Assembly (NCBI RefSeq): GCF_009914755.1
Contig: NC_060934.1
Length of the DNA: 64,000 bases
DNA from: the human T2T-CHM13v2.0 reference genome, Homo sapiens
Direction: 5' to 3' (one strand)
Shown one piece after another: positions 1 to 13,939 of the stretch. The translations under genes and the position numbers were made by a program. A model generated the notes under the pieces. The model was not told the DNA's origin. It was given only the letters and a program-made list of their open reading frames with translations, and did not search any database. Position 1 is the first letter of the stretch, and the number at the start of each line of letters is the position of its first letter.

Positions 1-54
1 GAAATTAAAAGTGCTTTGAAACACTTTAAAATTGTTTAGAAAATTTGAGTCAGA

Positions 55-418
<364 letters not shown>

Positions 419-670
419 TCATGCTTTTTCCTTTCCTTAATTCTAATGGGAAGAAGGAAAAAGGGAAAAGTAGACATACATTATTCTTGCTTTATTAACG
501 TGGCCATTTATACAGAGAATGCTTTTATATAAGCTCAAAACAAGCCCAGAAAAGAGGTCAAATGAGCAAACAGGTATTTGGAATCTTAGGTTAATACCAT
601 ACTTAACATATTAAGTTGTACACGGTAGTCAACATTTAAAAAAATGTACTATGCTCTTCTAAGAATTTTC

Positions 671-810
<140 letters not shown>

Positions 811-1019
811 GCTAATACAGTGAAATTTCCTATCAGTGAGAAGCCTGAACAGAGTAGAAGCATTTGAGGTCCAGCATACCTCTTAAAACGTTTGATTTTA
901 ATCTTTCATTCTAATTATAAGTGTCTGGGAATTTTTTTAACCTTTGTTTCGGTTTGCTGGGCTTGTCATGGCCTGTTTGACCTCTGACCCACTGTAGCCT
1001 TTCCTTGCTTGGCTTTTGT

Positions 1020-1478
1020 TTGAAGGTGAAGTGAACACCTGTAGCCTGCTTTATCCACCAGATGTTGGCTTCCAGTTGGGTGTGGCGAATGGGAGGCTGG
1101 GTGGGAATTTAAAGGGCAGCGGAAGAATGGGGCAGATTATCCCCAGCCTGCTCTCCTCCCTATTCCCACCCCGCTATTTTATCTCAATTAGCTGCTTCCT
1201 ATCCTCAGTGGCTGCAATTTCCACCTGACAGGTTCATTGCTGCTTTAGCTACTGTTGTGTTATCCTGATCCCTGGATGCTGAGAACATCACTTCCACACT
1301 CTCTCCAGTCAAGGAGTGAGAGTGGCTTCCTTCTGTGCTAATAATGTCCAGGTTGACTCATTGTCCCATGCTTGACTTCTTCAAACACCACTGTAACCAA
1401 TTATTTTTACTATATTCCTTCTATTTTAACTGTTTAGAGTAGTTTCTGTCTTCCTTAAATACTCCTGAACAATATACT
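1020..1478 (+). mobile_element. Old ERVL LTR (LTR33/LTR41-like)
   Basis: TTGGGTGTGGCGAATGGGAGGC motif and GTTTCTGTCTTCC...CCTGAACAATATAC terminus resemble the LTR33-group consensus. Confidence 0.5.
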
Positions 1479-1559
1479 TGCCAGGAATGTGATAAGGAGT
1501 TTAAGAATTTTCTATACTTTAGCACAGAAGTGCAGTCTATTCATTTGGGGATAATAGGG

Positions 1560-2004
1560 GTACTGGGTTGAATAGTTTACCCCCAAAATTTATGTCAGCC
1601 TAAACCTCAGTATATGAATTTATTTGGAGATAGAATCTTTGTAGAAGTAATTAGTTAAAATGAGGTCATACTGAATTAGGGTGGGCTCTTAACCCAATGA
1701 CTAGAGTCCTTGTAAGAAGGTCATGTGAAGACTCAAAGATACACACAGAGAAAAGCCATGTGCAGGCAGATGCAGAGATCACAGTGATGTGTCTACAAGC
1801 CAAGGACCATCAAGGATTGCCAGCAACCACTAGAAGCTAGGAGAGGCATGGAACAGATTCTTCAGAGCTTCCAGAAGAAACCCATCCTCCAACACCTTGA
1901 TTTCAGACGTTTGGCTTCCAGAAGTGTAAGAGAATAAATTTCTGTTGTTTAAAGCCACCCAGTCTGAGCTATTTTGTTATGGTAGCCCCAGGAGACCAAT
2001 GTAC
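1560..2004 (+). mobile_element. MaLR solo LTR (MLT1C-like)
   Basis: ATGAGGTCATACTG, CAAGCCAAGGA...GCCAGCAACCAC..GAAGCTAGGAGAGGCATGGAACAGATTC, AATAAATTTCTGTTGTTTAAAGCCACCCAG. Confidence 0.88.
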
Positions 2005-2200
2005 CAACTACCTTTTGCGTTGGGATGTTATTGTAATTCTTATTATCTTCCTTATTTGTTAGGCCCATTTTGCTGATTCTCCCCACGACTGGGAGCAGAT
2101 AATTTGCATTACTGATCGAATGAAAAGTGATGACCTTAGGATAGGGTGCTGGCGTGATGAAGTTTCCCCCCAGCCACATTGATATAAAGACTTGACAATT

Positions 2201-2520
<320 letters not shown>

Positions 2521-2668
2521 CTAATGTAAAAATGTATTTCTATAAGAACACTGTTTTGAAACAATTATGTAACATATACAAAAGAATATATGTAACATAT
2601 CTAAGTTACAAATGTAAGTTATGAAGCATAATGAGCCAGGAGCCTATCATTGAATTTATGAACTGGAA

Positions 2669-2872
2669 TAGAGATTGGTAAATACTTTCTGTGGAGGACC
2701 AGATAGGAAATATTTGGGTTTTGTAGACTAGATGGGATCTCTATTACAACCATTGAAGTCTGCCTTTGTAGCATGAAAGCCACTATACACAATATGTAAA
2801 TGAATGTGTTCCAATAAAACCTTACAGGCATCAGGCCAGATGTGACCCACGGCTATAGTTTGCTGAGCCCTG
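2669..2872. mobile_element. MER58A (hAT-Charlie MITE)
   Basis: CCAGATAGGAAATATTT, GTGTTCCAATAAAAC and TAGTTTGCTGAGCCCTG motifs. Confidence 0.8.
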
Positions 2873-3033
2873 ATCTAGAACATTGCCAGCGCAGATCTTA
2901 AATACCCTTCTCCTGTACCCTTGCTCTGAGCAGTAACTACTATTCTGATGTTTATGTTGTTCTGTTCCTTAAACATTATATTATTTTATTTTGTTTGTGA
3001 GCTTTATTAAAATTCATTTTAAAAGAAAAAAGT

Positions 3034-3998
3034 CAGAATGGAAGACAATTCTTGCAATCTACCCATCTGACAAAGGTCTAATAATATCCAGAATCTACAA
3101 GGAACTTAAATTTACAAGAAGAAGCAAACAACCCCATCAAAAAGTGGGCAAAGGACATGAACAGACACTTCTCAAAAGAAGACACTTATGCAGCCAATAA
3201 ACATATGAAAAAAAAAGCTTAATATCACTGACCATGAGAGAAATGCAAATCGAAACCACAGTGAAATATCATCTCACACCAGTCAGAATGGTGATTATTA
3301 AAAAGTCAAGAAACAACAGATGCTGGCAAGACTGTGGAGAAATAGGAATGCCTTTACACTGTTGGTGGGAATGTAAATTAGTTCAGCCACTGTGGAAGGC
3401 AGTGTGGTGATTCCTTAAAGATCTAGAACCAGAAATACCACTTGTCCCAGCAGTCCAATTACTGGGTATATACCCAAAGGAATATAAATCATTCCATTAT
3501 AAAGATACATGTACGTGTATGTTCACTGCAGCACTATTTACAATAGCAAAGACATGGAATCAACCCAAATACCCATCAATGATAGACTGGATAAAGAATA
3601 TGTGGCACATATACACCATGGAATACTATGCAGCCATGAAAAGAAATGAGATCATGTCCTTTGTAGGGACATGGATGAAGCAGGAAACCATCGTTCTCAG
3701 CAAACTAACACAGGAACAGAAAACCAAACACCGCATGTTCTCACTTATAAGTAGGAACTGAACAGTGAGAACATGCAGACCCAGGGAGGGGAAGAACAAA
3801 CACTGGGGCCTGCTGGGGAGGGTGGCAGGGGAAGGGAGAGCATTAAGATAAATAGCTAATGTATGTGGGGCTTAATACCTAGGTGATGGGTTGACAGGTG
3901 CAGCAAACCACCATGGCACATGTTTACCTGTGTAACCGGCACATCCTGCACATGTATCCCAGAACTTAAAATAAAATAAAATTTTTAAAAAAAGAAAT
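3034..3998 (+). mobile_element. 5'-truncated L1PA (ORF2 C-terminus and 3'UTR)
   Basis: ORF2 C-terminal peptides (MFTAALFTIAKTWNQPK; [10 protein letters not shown]), L1PA 3'UTR, A-rich tail, degenerate TSD (A)GAAAAA(A)GTCA on both sides. Confidence 0.92.
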
Positions 3999-4079
3999 AA
4001 GAGAAAAAGTCAAATTATACTTGGGAGAGTCATTTATGGTATTAAGTCAATCATTTTCATAAAATATTTTTAATATTAA

Positions 4080-4780
4080 TATTCTGTAGTTTTTCATTTT
4101 TCTGTTTTTGGACATTTGGATTGTCTGCTGTTATTTTTTGCTAACATTACTAACAATGTTGCTTTGTTCATAATACTCATATCTCTGTGCACATGTGCAT
4201 CTATGAGCCATATGCCTGAGGGTGGAACTGATTAATGGTAAAGTATGCCCATCTTCAATTGTATAAGAAATTGCTAAAGTGTTCAATTGTTTTTTAATGT
4301 AGTTACAGTAATTTACATCCTGCTAATGATATATAAAAATCTCCAGGATTACACATTGTTGCCAAAGCAATATCGCTAGACTTCTTATCTTTTAATCATT
4401 TTGGTGAGTATAAAACGATATCTTGATTTGGTTTTAATTTATATTTCCAGGACTACTAGTTACGTCAAAAATCTTTCTCTGGCCTCTTATTTTCTTTTCT
4501 GTGAAATGCCTCTATTTTATTTTTTTGTGTATTTATATTTCATTGGCTCATATGTCTTTTCCTAATTGATTTGCCAGAATTCTTTATACATTCTGGATAT
4601 TAAGGCTTTATTGATTAAAATAATAGTATAAACATTTGCCTCATGTTGGTATCCTTTAATGGACTTTAGTAAGATTTAATAATCTGCAAACTGAATCTGA
4701 ACACATTTTTGGACTTAATATCCAAGAACCTTGTATTTTTGTAGTTTGAATAAATGGATTCAATTAAAGACATTCTGCTT
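4080..4780 (-). mobile_element. Ancient L1M fragments
   Basis: Degenerate antisense L1 3' motifs (TTTGGACATTTGG, TGGTTTTAATTTATATTTCC, CATTCTGGATATTA). Confidence 0.6.
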
Positions 4781-4869
4781 GCTGGTAATAAACCAGGTTT
4801 TAATGATAAAAATGGAAATTCTTTAAAAAGTAGGATGCAAATGAGAAGTTGGAATTGGGTAAGTAATAG

Positions 4870-5080
4870 TGAACTTTATAATAATTGTGAATATTATAGT
4901 CATAGGAAATAAATTTATGAAATAAATATATGAATTATAAACAAATATTACATATTATATAATAATACACAATTATATTATTCAGATATACATAATATAA
5001 AGCAAATTTATATAAATAATATAAAATAAATTTACAATAATAGTAAACAAATACTAGTAACATTATAATAGTAAAATGGG
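4870..5080. repeat. AT-rich low-complexity tract
   Basis: Almost entirely A/T with ATA/TAA repeats. Confidence 0.75.
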
Positions 5081-6084
5081 GAATTTTAATCATAGTTCGG
5101 CTTTGCATATGTTTCCTAGAATATCACAAGTTTATTTTTCCTGAGAGTAATATGATGATTATAGCTCCATTTTCTAATGGTATACTTTATAAAGTTATGT
5201 TGTAGTGTATTTCAGTTTTGTATCCCTACTGCAGCACAGTGCCAGGAATATTAAGTGTTGTGATTATTGCTATTTTGGCAAATGAAAGAAGTTTTCCTGA
5301 CATATCTGAGTTAGAAACCTGGAGACCCGAAGTTCTGTAGTCCCGATTTGTGCAGTCAGGACTTCCATTAAAAAGTTATGCAGAACTTCAACTGAACAAC
5401 TATGAATTTCTCTCTCTCTTCTGCCTCTTCAGCATTCATTAAGCCAAATCCCTACACAGTTGTTTAAATAACTACCTAAAAATTAAACATTTACATTATC
5501 AAAATTATATGACTTTCTAAATGTGATATCTTTTTGCATAGATCAAATAAAGAGATAATTTTCATCTCCAAACTTTGTGACTGTACACTAGATAGCAACT
5601 GACTATTATTTTCAACAGGCTTAGTCAAATCAGCTTTGTAGATGGAAAAACAACCTAGAAAAACCATTTTTCTTAAGTGATAAGTTAAAAGCCTCCATTT
5701 ATTTTCATATTACTATGTTGTGATTTGATATAGAGAGAATTTCATAGATTTGCTCCTTTTATAATAACAAGCATCTTCTGGTGCTGCCTACCGTCCCTTG
5801 CAACTGTCCCTCTTTCATCCTCTGTGTTTTCAGCCCACATTGTCTTGTTGCATTTCCATGTCTGCCAAAAAGATGTCTACTGGAAGAATTATTTCATAAA
5901 TCTTTGCTTAATGTTTCAGCTCATGTATTAAGCCCAGCAGTGTTATCTCACAAACACAGATCCATTTCTATAATTTTTGAAATTTCTCTATTGACATACT
6001 CATCTTTAAAAAAAGAACAAATTATAATCACTTAGCTTAATGAATTACCCTGAAGTATGTAACTGCTATTTAGGTAAAAAAAAA

Positions 6085-9000
6085 AATGGGAACATTGCCA
6101 ATACTAGAGAAGACTCTTTAATGTCCTTTCCCAATCTTTCTACATTCTCCCCTACAAATAACCACAATCTTGACCTTGACCTCTAGCGTACAGTTTAAGT
6201 TTCGCCATTATTAGCTTTGGTATACTTATATAATTGGAATCATTTAAAGATATTGTTTGGGTTTCGTTTCTGCTGATTAATATTATGTTTATGATATTCC
6301 ATCACATTTTTGTGACTAGCTGTAGTAAATTTATTTTATATATTTGGTTATACAAGTGTAAGACAATTTAATCTACTTTTTTGGACATTTGGGTTATATT
6401 TAATTTCTACTATCTTGAATTATTCTATTATGAACATTCTCATATATGTCTTCTCGTGCACATACACAGACAGTTTTGTTGGATATATACCTAGAAGTGG
6501 ATTTGCTGAATCATAAAAAGAGCGTATACTTAACTTTAGTGGACAGTGCCAAATAGTTGTCCTTCTTGGCCTTACCAATTTATACTTTTCCTAGCACTGT
6601 ATGAGAGTTCCCATTTTTCCACCTAATCAACAAAATTTGATGCTATTAGCATTTTAAAATTTAGCCATTTGGGTAGGTGTCTTTGTATTTCATTGTAGTT
6701 TTAATTTTTATGTTCCCAGTGACTAGTGATGGTAAGAATTATGCTAAGCACCATTTCTCATATTTGTTGTTATTCAAAGTCAGTCTCTTATAATACAACA
6801 TTAAACTGTAGTTGTTATTTTTAAATCCAGTTTGACAATATTACGCTTTTCCTTGGGGTATTTAATTCATTTGTATTTAATGCAACTTTGAAATAGTTGG
6901 GCTTAAAATGATCATACTATTACTATTTTCTATTTTATTCATATTTTTAATGTTTCTTTTATCTTTACTTTTTTCCTTTTCTATTATTATGTTACCTTTT
7001 TACTATTCTAATGCTAATTAAATATTTTAGTTATACATTGTTTTACTATCTTTTATTGGTTACTGTAGAAATTATAATATGTGTCATCTCCTTATTATAG
7101 ACTAATGCAAAGTATTAATTTTCATATTTCCCCAGTAGTGGTAAAAACTTCAAATCTCTAAAATCTTTTTACTTACTTTCTACCTTTACATTATCTTCTT
7201 TTTAAAACTTTTTTCTAAATGTAATTAAAATTTCACAAAATATCACAATTATTGCTATCTATAGGCAATACCCTGTTTACGCCTACTCATACCATTATTC
7301 ACATATGTTATTTGTATAGTGTTCACCTTCATTTGTATATATTTATATACCTCCAGTATTTATTTATATATATTCTTACTGGTGATCTTCACTTCCTTTT
7401 GTATTTTTATATTTCCTTCTAGAATAATTTTTATTTTGCTTGAAGAGCTCTCAGCTTTTCTTTCATTTATGACTGGGAAGTAACTGAGCTCAGTTATTGT
7501 CTACACATTTGTTCATGCTGACTTTGATTTTTGAATGTTATTTTCACTGGATATAGAATTCTAGGTTAGCAGTCATTTTGTCAGCCCTTTGGAGATGCCT
7601 TTTAATTTCCTTCTTGTTTACATTATTTTTTGTTAAGAAGCGTGCTGTCATTTTGAATATTGTTTCTTTGAAGGCAACGTTTTCCCACTTTGTCTACTTT
7701 GAAGCTTTATTCTTTAGCTTTGGTTTATCCTGCTTTGGGTTCATGGAGCTTCTTGGAAACTGTGCATTAATGTCTCATATTAGTTTTGAAATTATCTCAT
7801 CCATTATCTCTTCAAATTGTTTCTGCCCCATTCTTTTCTCTCATTTAGGGATATCAGTTATAAATGTGATAGATATTTTGAGCATTTTACATTTACCTGC
7901 TATTCCCTGTTCTGTCCCCCAACCCCAATATTTTTTATTTTGCAGTGCTTAACTTAGTATTTTTATTTACTGACGTTTCAATCTACTAGTCTTGTGTTCT
8001 GCTGTATTCAATCTGTTATTAAACTTATCAATAGTATTCTTTATTTTGTACATTCTATTTTTCTATTTTCAGTTCTAGAATGTCAATTTTAACCTTTTTA
8101 TAGATTCCAATTTTCCATTATATTCCATCCTTTCACTTATTTGATCCATATTTTCATTTATTTCTCAAACATATTGCAGTTGTTTTAAAATACCATTGTC
8201 TGCTAAACTTAAACTTGGATTATCTGTATGTCTGTTTCTATTGTCTGCCATTTCTCTTTTTTAATAGGTAACATTTTCTGACTTCTTTCCAATTATAATA
8301 GTTTTTTATTACATGTTGAACATTTATATATGTTGGACATATAAAGAATTAAGGAGGTTCCTGATGTTGTAAACTTCCACCAGAGAGAGTTCTTTATTTT
8401 TTCCTCTATTAATCAGGTAAGATGAGAATCTTGTTACTGCAGTCCAATTCAAAATTGAGCTGGGTAGGAGCTGAGTTTGAATTTCAGCAACACACAGTCA
8501 ACCTCTGGTTCACCTTTGCTTTGAGGATGTGGCTTTCCCAGACCTTATGTGTGGAGCTTGGATCGTCTTATTTTTCTCAGGTGTAAAATACTACAGAAGT
8601 TCCAGTTCTTTACTTCAGAGCCCAAATCTCTAGGCTCATACCCTGCCTATCTTCAAAATGTGGCAAATATCTTGAAGATAAACTTGACAGTGTGCTTGAA
8701 ACAAGTTTATATTTCTTAGCATTAAAAAATAGAGAGAATTTCAGTCTGCCTATAAAAGAATTTGACCTGTAGTATCGTATTTCTTTACAAAATCAAAATG
8801 CAGAAAATGCCTTATAAACACATCAACTATTGTTTCAATTTCTTCAAGTTTTTAATTTGCCACGCTATTTCCTCTGTGATTACTACAAGTCTTTCTGGCT
8901 TACAGTTCTCTCATTAGAAGCTTTGTGCTTAGGCAAGCCTGAAGCTTGCACAACCCAAATCATTAGTCTACAACAGAAATTAGCTTATGTTCCAAGAAAA

Positions 9001-9380
9001 CAAAACAAAACAAAATCAGAAAACCATAAAACCCCTGGATATTATTAGATTAGCTTCTCTCAGAAAGTTTCCCCTCTTATATACTTCTTAAAATTCTCTT
9101 TAGAATTTTATTTCAAAAAACTCTTTTTGTTTCCATACATTTCTAGTACCTTTAAAAGTATGATTTTGGTAATTTACTTATCTTTTTTTCTAGTTGTTGT
9201 TTCAAGAGCATTGGCCTGCTATGAAATAGTACATTATACTTAGAAATTAAAGTTTGAATGGATTATTTTTATTATTTTATATTTTTCCTACCTATTGGCT
9301 TTTTATTTATATAGTCATTCTTCTATTCCTTTAGTTGTTACTTTAAATATTATAGCACACATTCTTATGTCTGGAAAATG
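6085..9380 (-). mobile_element. Ancient L1M (L1ME-like) fragmented block
   Basis: Antisense L1 motifs (GGATATATACCTAGAAGTGG, CACTGGATATAGAATTCTAGGTT, TTTTCAGTTCTAGAA) and strong T skew. Confidence 0.65.
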
Positions 9381-9389
9381 CAAGATGTT

Positions 9390-10130
9390 TCTACTATCTA
9401 TTTTTGTATAACACAAACTGCCAGGAAACTTATTGCCTTAAGACAACAATTATTTCTCTTGTTTCTGTGGCGACTGGGCTTACCTGGACAATTCTTATTT
9501 GGGTTTTTTATATGGTTCTAATTAGATGATGACTAGGACCAGTGCCTACTAAAAACTTAACTGGGCTGGGTTTTTTTTTCTTTAAAGGAGAACAGCTATA
9601 TCCTCTTAATATTTTAATGTGTTTTCTATTTTTTTAATGTGCATGTTGACATGATCTTGTATATTCTGATTGTGAAGGATAGTTATTGGAGAGAATTGCT
9701 TTTTATTTTTTCCTGCTTTATTAAGGCATAACTGACCAATAAAAATTATATATACTTATCATGTAAAACATGATGTTTTGATTTATGTATGCATTGTAAA
9801 ATGATTAAATCTAGCTAATTAGCATATCTATCACTTCATATACTTATTATTTTTTAGTGAGAATATTTAAGATCTTTCTCAACAATTTTCATGTATACAG
9901 TACATTGTTATTAATGATAATCACCATGCTGTACAATAGGTGTCCATAACTTATTCATCCTATTTAACTGAAACTTCCTACTTTTTGTCTAACATCTTCC
10001 CATTCTCCATCCATCCCCCAACCAGGATGGAGATTCCTGATAGTTTACTCATGTGGTTGACAGTTGATGCTGGTCTTCAGCTGAGAAATCAACTGGGACT
10101 GTCAACTGAGTAAATGCTTTTCTTTGATCA
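9390..10130 (-). mobile_element. Old MLT1 LTR interrupted by an L1MA 3' end
   Basis: CTTATTGCCTTAAGACAAC at the left; GACAGTTGATGCTGG...CTGGGACTGTC resumes after 10030. Confidence 0.5.
9705..10022 (-). mobile_element. L1MA 3' end
   Basis: ATGATTAAATCTAGCTAATTAGCATATCTATCAC and CACCATGCTGTACAATAG are typical of L1MA6-9 3'UTRs. Confidence 0.82.
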
Positions 10131-10139
10131 AAAAGTTCT

Positions 10140-10430
10140 TGGATAGTAAATAACCTCCAATGATACCGTCCTCAATGAATCATATGTCCCAGTATTTACA
10201 GCATTGTGTATCCCCCTGTCTTTGAGCCTGACTTACCCTAGAATTCCATTTTTGCCAGTAGAATGGGGCAAACATAATGCTGCATCAGTAAAAAGGCAAG
10301 GTCGCAAGAGGCATTTCAGCTTCTACCTGTCTCTTGGTGTGTTTGTCCTTGAGATGCTCCCTCTTAGAATTCAATTAGCATGTTATAATAGACTAAAGCC
10401 AGATAGTAAGGTCATGGAAAAGCACTTGGG
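10140..10430 (+). mobile_element. MLT1F/G-like LTR fragment
   Basis: CCTCAATGAATCATATGTCCCAGTATTTAC...GGCATTTCAGCTTCTACCTG. Confidence 0.5.
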
Positions 10431-11198
10431 TTGAGATTCCCTCCTATGACAACAGTAACAAAAGAAGAATTATGTGAATTTTTTCCCTTCTGAATTTGTT
10501 CTCAAAATCCCTTATCCTGAAGTTTATACATTTTTATCTGGGGCTTATATTGGTAGGGTGGAATATTTTTAATACCAAGATGATGTGAAAATATTTCTGA
10601 TAAGAACTGGAGAGCAAACCTATCCACACAGCCTTGTGCTTACTATTCGGTGCCAAGCCCTTGAAGTTGTGCCTTCTATCTCGTTGTTCTTTAATATATT
10701 GCATTAGAATAATCTATTTAAGTTTCTATTAATAAGTCCACAGTACAAAAAATATTCCTCAAGAGTATTGACCATTCTTATTCATCTTCTAACCCCAGCA
10801 CCTAAGCATGACTGTCCTATAGTTAGCACTCAATAGATGGTTATTGATCTGAACTGATGAGAAGTACAAGCTGTGGATTTCAGATCAGTAAGCTTTCTAA
10901 AGTTGTTATTGTTTTTTTTTAATGGTTTAGGTCTCATGGTTCTTGGGTATGAAGAGATAAATGTAAATAGAAGAGAGTTTAAATATTTTGTTCAACTGTA
11001 AGTACAAGTTATATAGCATTATCTGGTATGAAACAGGGTTTAATTCAATACAAAATTATTACAGTGATCACTAGGTAAAAGAAAAAATGTATAAGTTTTC
11101 AGGAAAAAAGCAGTCACTGTATTTTCTACCAATCCCATTTCTTTTGCTGCATATCTTCCTTTCTTCTAATTTTTCTTTATTGTTAATCATCATCATCA

Positions 11199-11549
<351 letters not shown>

Positions 11550-11886
11550 TTATTATTTGTTAGGCACTACTTTAGGTTCTTATGATACAATAATGAGTAG
11601 AAGAAGTAGATGTGATCACTGCTTTCCTTCATTGCTTTCATAGAATTTATGAGCTAATCACTGTACTTGATTGAGTATGTGAAGCACAAATAGAAAACAC
11701 TACTGTTAAGCTTCATAGATTCAGAGTAAGTCATCATTGTTGAAGACTCATGTGATTAGATCTCAAGGTAGAAATACAATTTGAATGGTGGCATGATTTA
11801 TAAAAGTAGGAAGATACCTTGCTTAGTTATTAATAAAATCCTCAGAATTGTGACCTGTTTGGAGATGAGTAGTTTGTTTTGATTAG

Positions 11887-12209
<323 letters not shown>

Positions 12210-12479
12210 TGGCATGGGTTTAATGGGAGATAGGCTTGAAGAAGTAGGTGGAGGTTAGATTGTTAAGAACAAGCACCATTTTTGTTGTTGTTGTTTGTAG
12301 CAAAAAAGGGCCAAGTTAGGCAAACTGATGTGACTAATGTGATAACAGGTCGAGTCAAGCAATAGAACCAGACAAATATGAACATCACTTTTGCCATATT
12401 CTTTTGGTTAGCAGGATGTCACAGGTTCAGCCCACACTTACAGGAAGGAGATTATGCAAGGGCATAAATACTAGGAAGT

Positions 12480-12720
12480 TACCTTGTCTCTGAGGTAACC
12501 TTGGGAATGGGAAGGCACCAAAATGGAGGAGAAAAGGATAGACTTATAAAAGGGCACAAGAAAACTTCTGGGGGTGATGGATATATTCACTCTCTTGATT
12601 GTGGTGATTATAATGATTATTTCATGGATGTATATATATGTCAAAACATTATAGAGTTAAAATGTACAGTTTATTGTATGGCAATTATACCTTAATACCA
12701 CTGTTAAGAAAGAAAGAATT
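12480..12720 (+). mobile_element. L1M (MB/ME) 3' end
   Basis: AAGGGCACAAGAAAACTTCTGGGGGTGATGG...CTTGATTGTGGTGAT...CAATTATACCTTAATA. Confidence 0.75.
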
Positions 12721-13399
12721 GTATTTGTGTATATATCCATATTCAAATTGAAACCAAACAAGAATAGGCAAGGAAAAACACTGGTATTTTCTCAGCTGTA
12801 AAGAAGCAAGCCTATGGATGTGTCCTCGACTATTCTCTAGATGAAAATGTACTAAAGGTGCTAATACAGTCAGTTTTATGTAAAGAAATGCAAAGTATAC
12901 AAAACATTACTGCTACTGATATCAATTTAAATTTATAAAATTTATGAGCTCTTGTAGTTTATGTCTTATAATAAAGAACAATGCAAATTATATATAATTC
13001 AACTGGAAGTTAATTCCCCACATAAAGCATGAATAGGATAAGAAAATAATCTGTCACATTTGTGAAACTAGAGTTACAGACCTTAGAGAAGGTATATTAT
13101 TTTAATGTCATAATGCAACTCATATTTCACTTTATCATGATAATGAAATTATGCAAATATATTTTACAACATGGGCAAGCGTGGTGTAACTTGATGGAAA
13201 TGTGGATATTAAAACTGAGTTGATTTTATGTTACTGCTAATTTTGAAAGTGTATGAAAGATAAATCATCAAAACAGCAAAAAATGAAAGAACACAGAAGC
13301 TTATTACTTTCCAGTGAGCAGAAATACTGGTAGGTTAATATTATCTAGGATTATGGTAATAGAATCAAGAAAATTTCATTCACAATGGGGAAAGAAAGT

Positions 13400-13590
13400 A
13401 GCAACCATTGAGTATCAGATGTGTTAGGAAAATATGGTAGGCACTTTACATATTATGAGTTGAATATTTAATTCATATAAAATTCCTACAAGTCATTTTC
13501 TAAAGGATGAGAATATGGGGCTGAGGTCACACAGAGTTGTCCACAGTATAACTAGGTTTCCAGTGATGATCTATGTCACCCTAGGTATTT
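13400..13590 (-). mobile_element. MIR
   Basis: Degenerate core GGATGAGAATATGGGGCTGAGGTCACACAG. Confidence 0.55.
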
Positions 13591-13624
13591 TGTTCCTCAA
13601 AATAAGAGGCAGAGCACCACTTTG

Positions 13625-13925
13625 GAAAGAAGCATAGATTCTGGAGCCACAGTGTGTAGAGTCAAATCCTGATTATATAATCTGATACAAATTATTCCAT
13701 CTCTCTATGCCTCTGTTTTCTCTACTGTAAATATCAATGGTACTTCCTCATTGGGTTGCTTTTTAACCTATTTCCCATTTAGAAAAAAAAAGTGCAGTCC
13801 ACTGCCCATGCAGTATTCTTGGTGCAAATGGGAAATGAGATAAGGAATGGGGAAATATCTATAAAGGGCCTAAAGCAGTGCTTGGCACATAGTAAACACT
13901 GCAATTATTTATTCTCATTATTATT
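13625..13925 (+). mobile_element. MIR interrupted by MER75A
   Basis: TCTGGAGCCACAG..TCAAATCCTG, CTATGCCTCTGTTTTCTC, CAGTGCTTGGCACATAGTAA. Confidence 0.75.
13767..13839 (-). mobile_element. MER75A (piggyBac-derived MITE)
   Basis: Inverted termini ATTTCCCATTT / AAATGGGAAAT; internal AGAAAAAAAAAGTGCAG; flanked by TTAA (13763-13766) and ATAA. Confidence 0.8.
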
Positions 13926-13939
13926 ACAGGTCCTTGGAC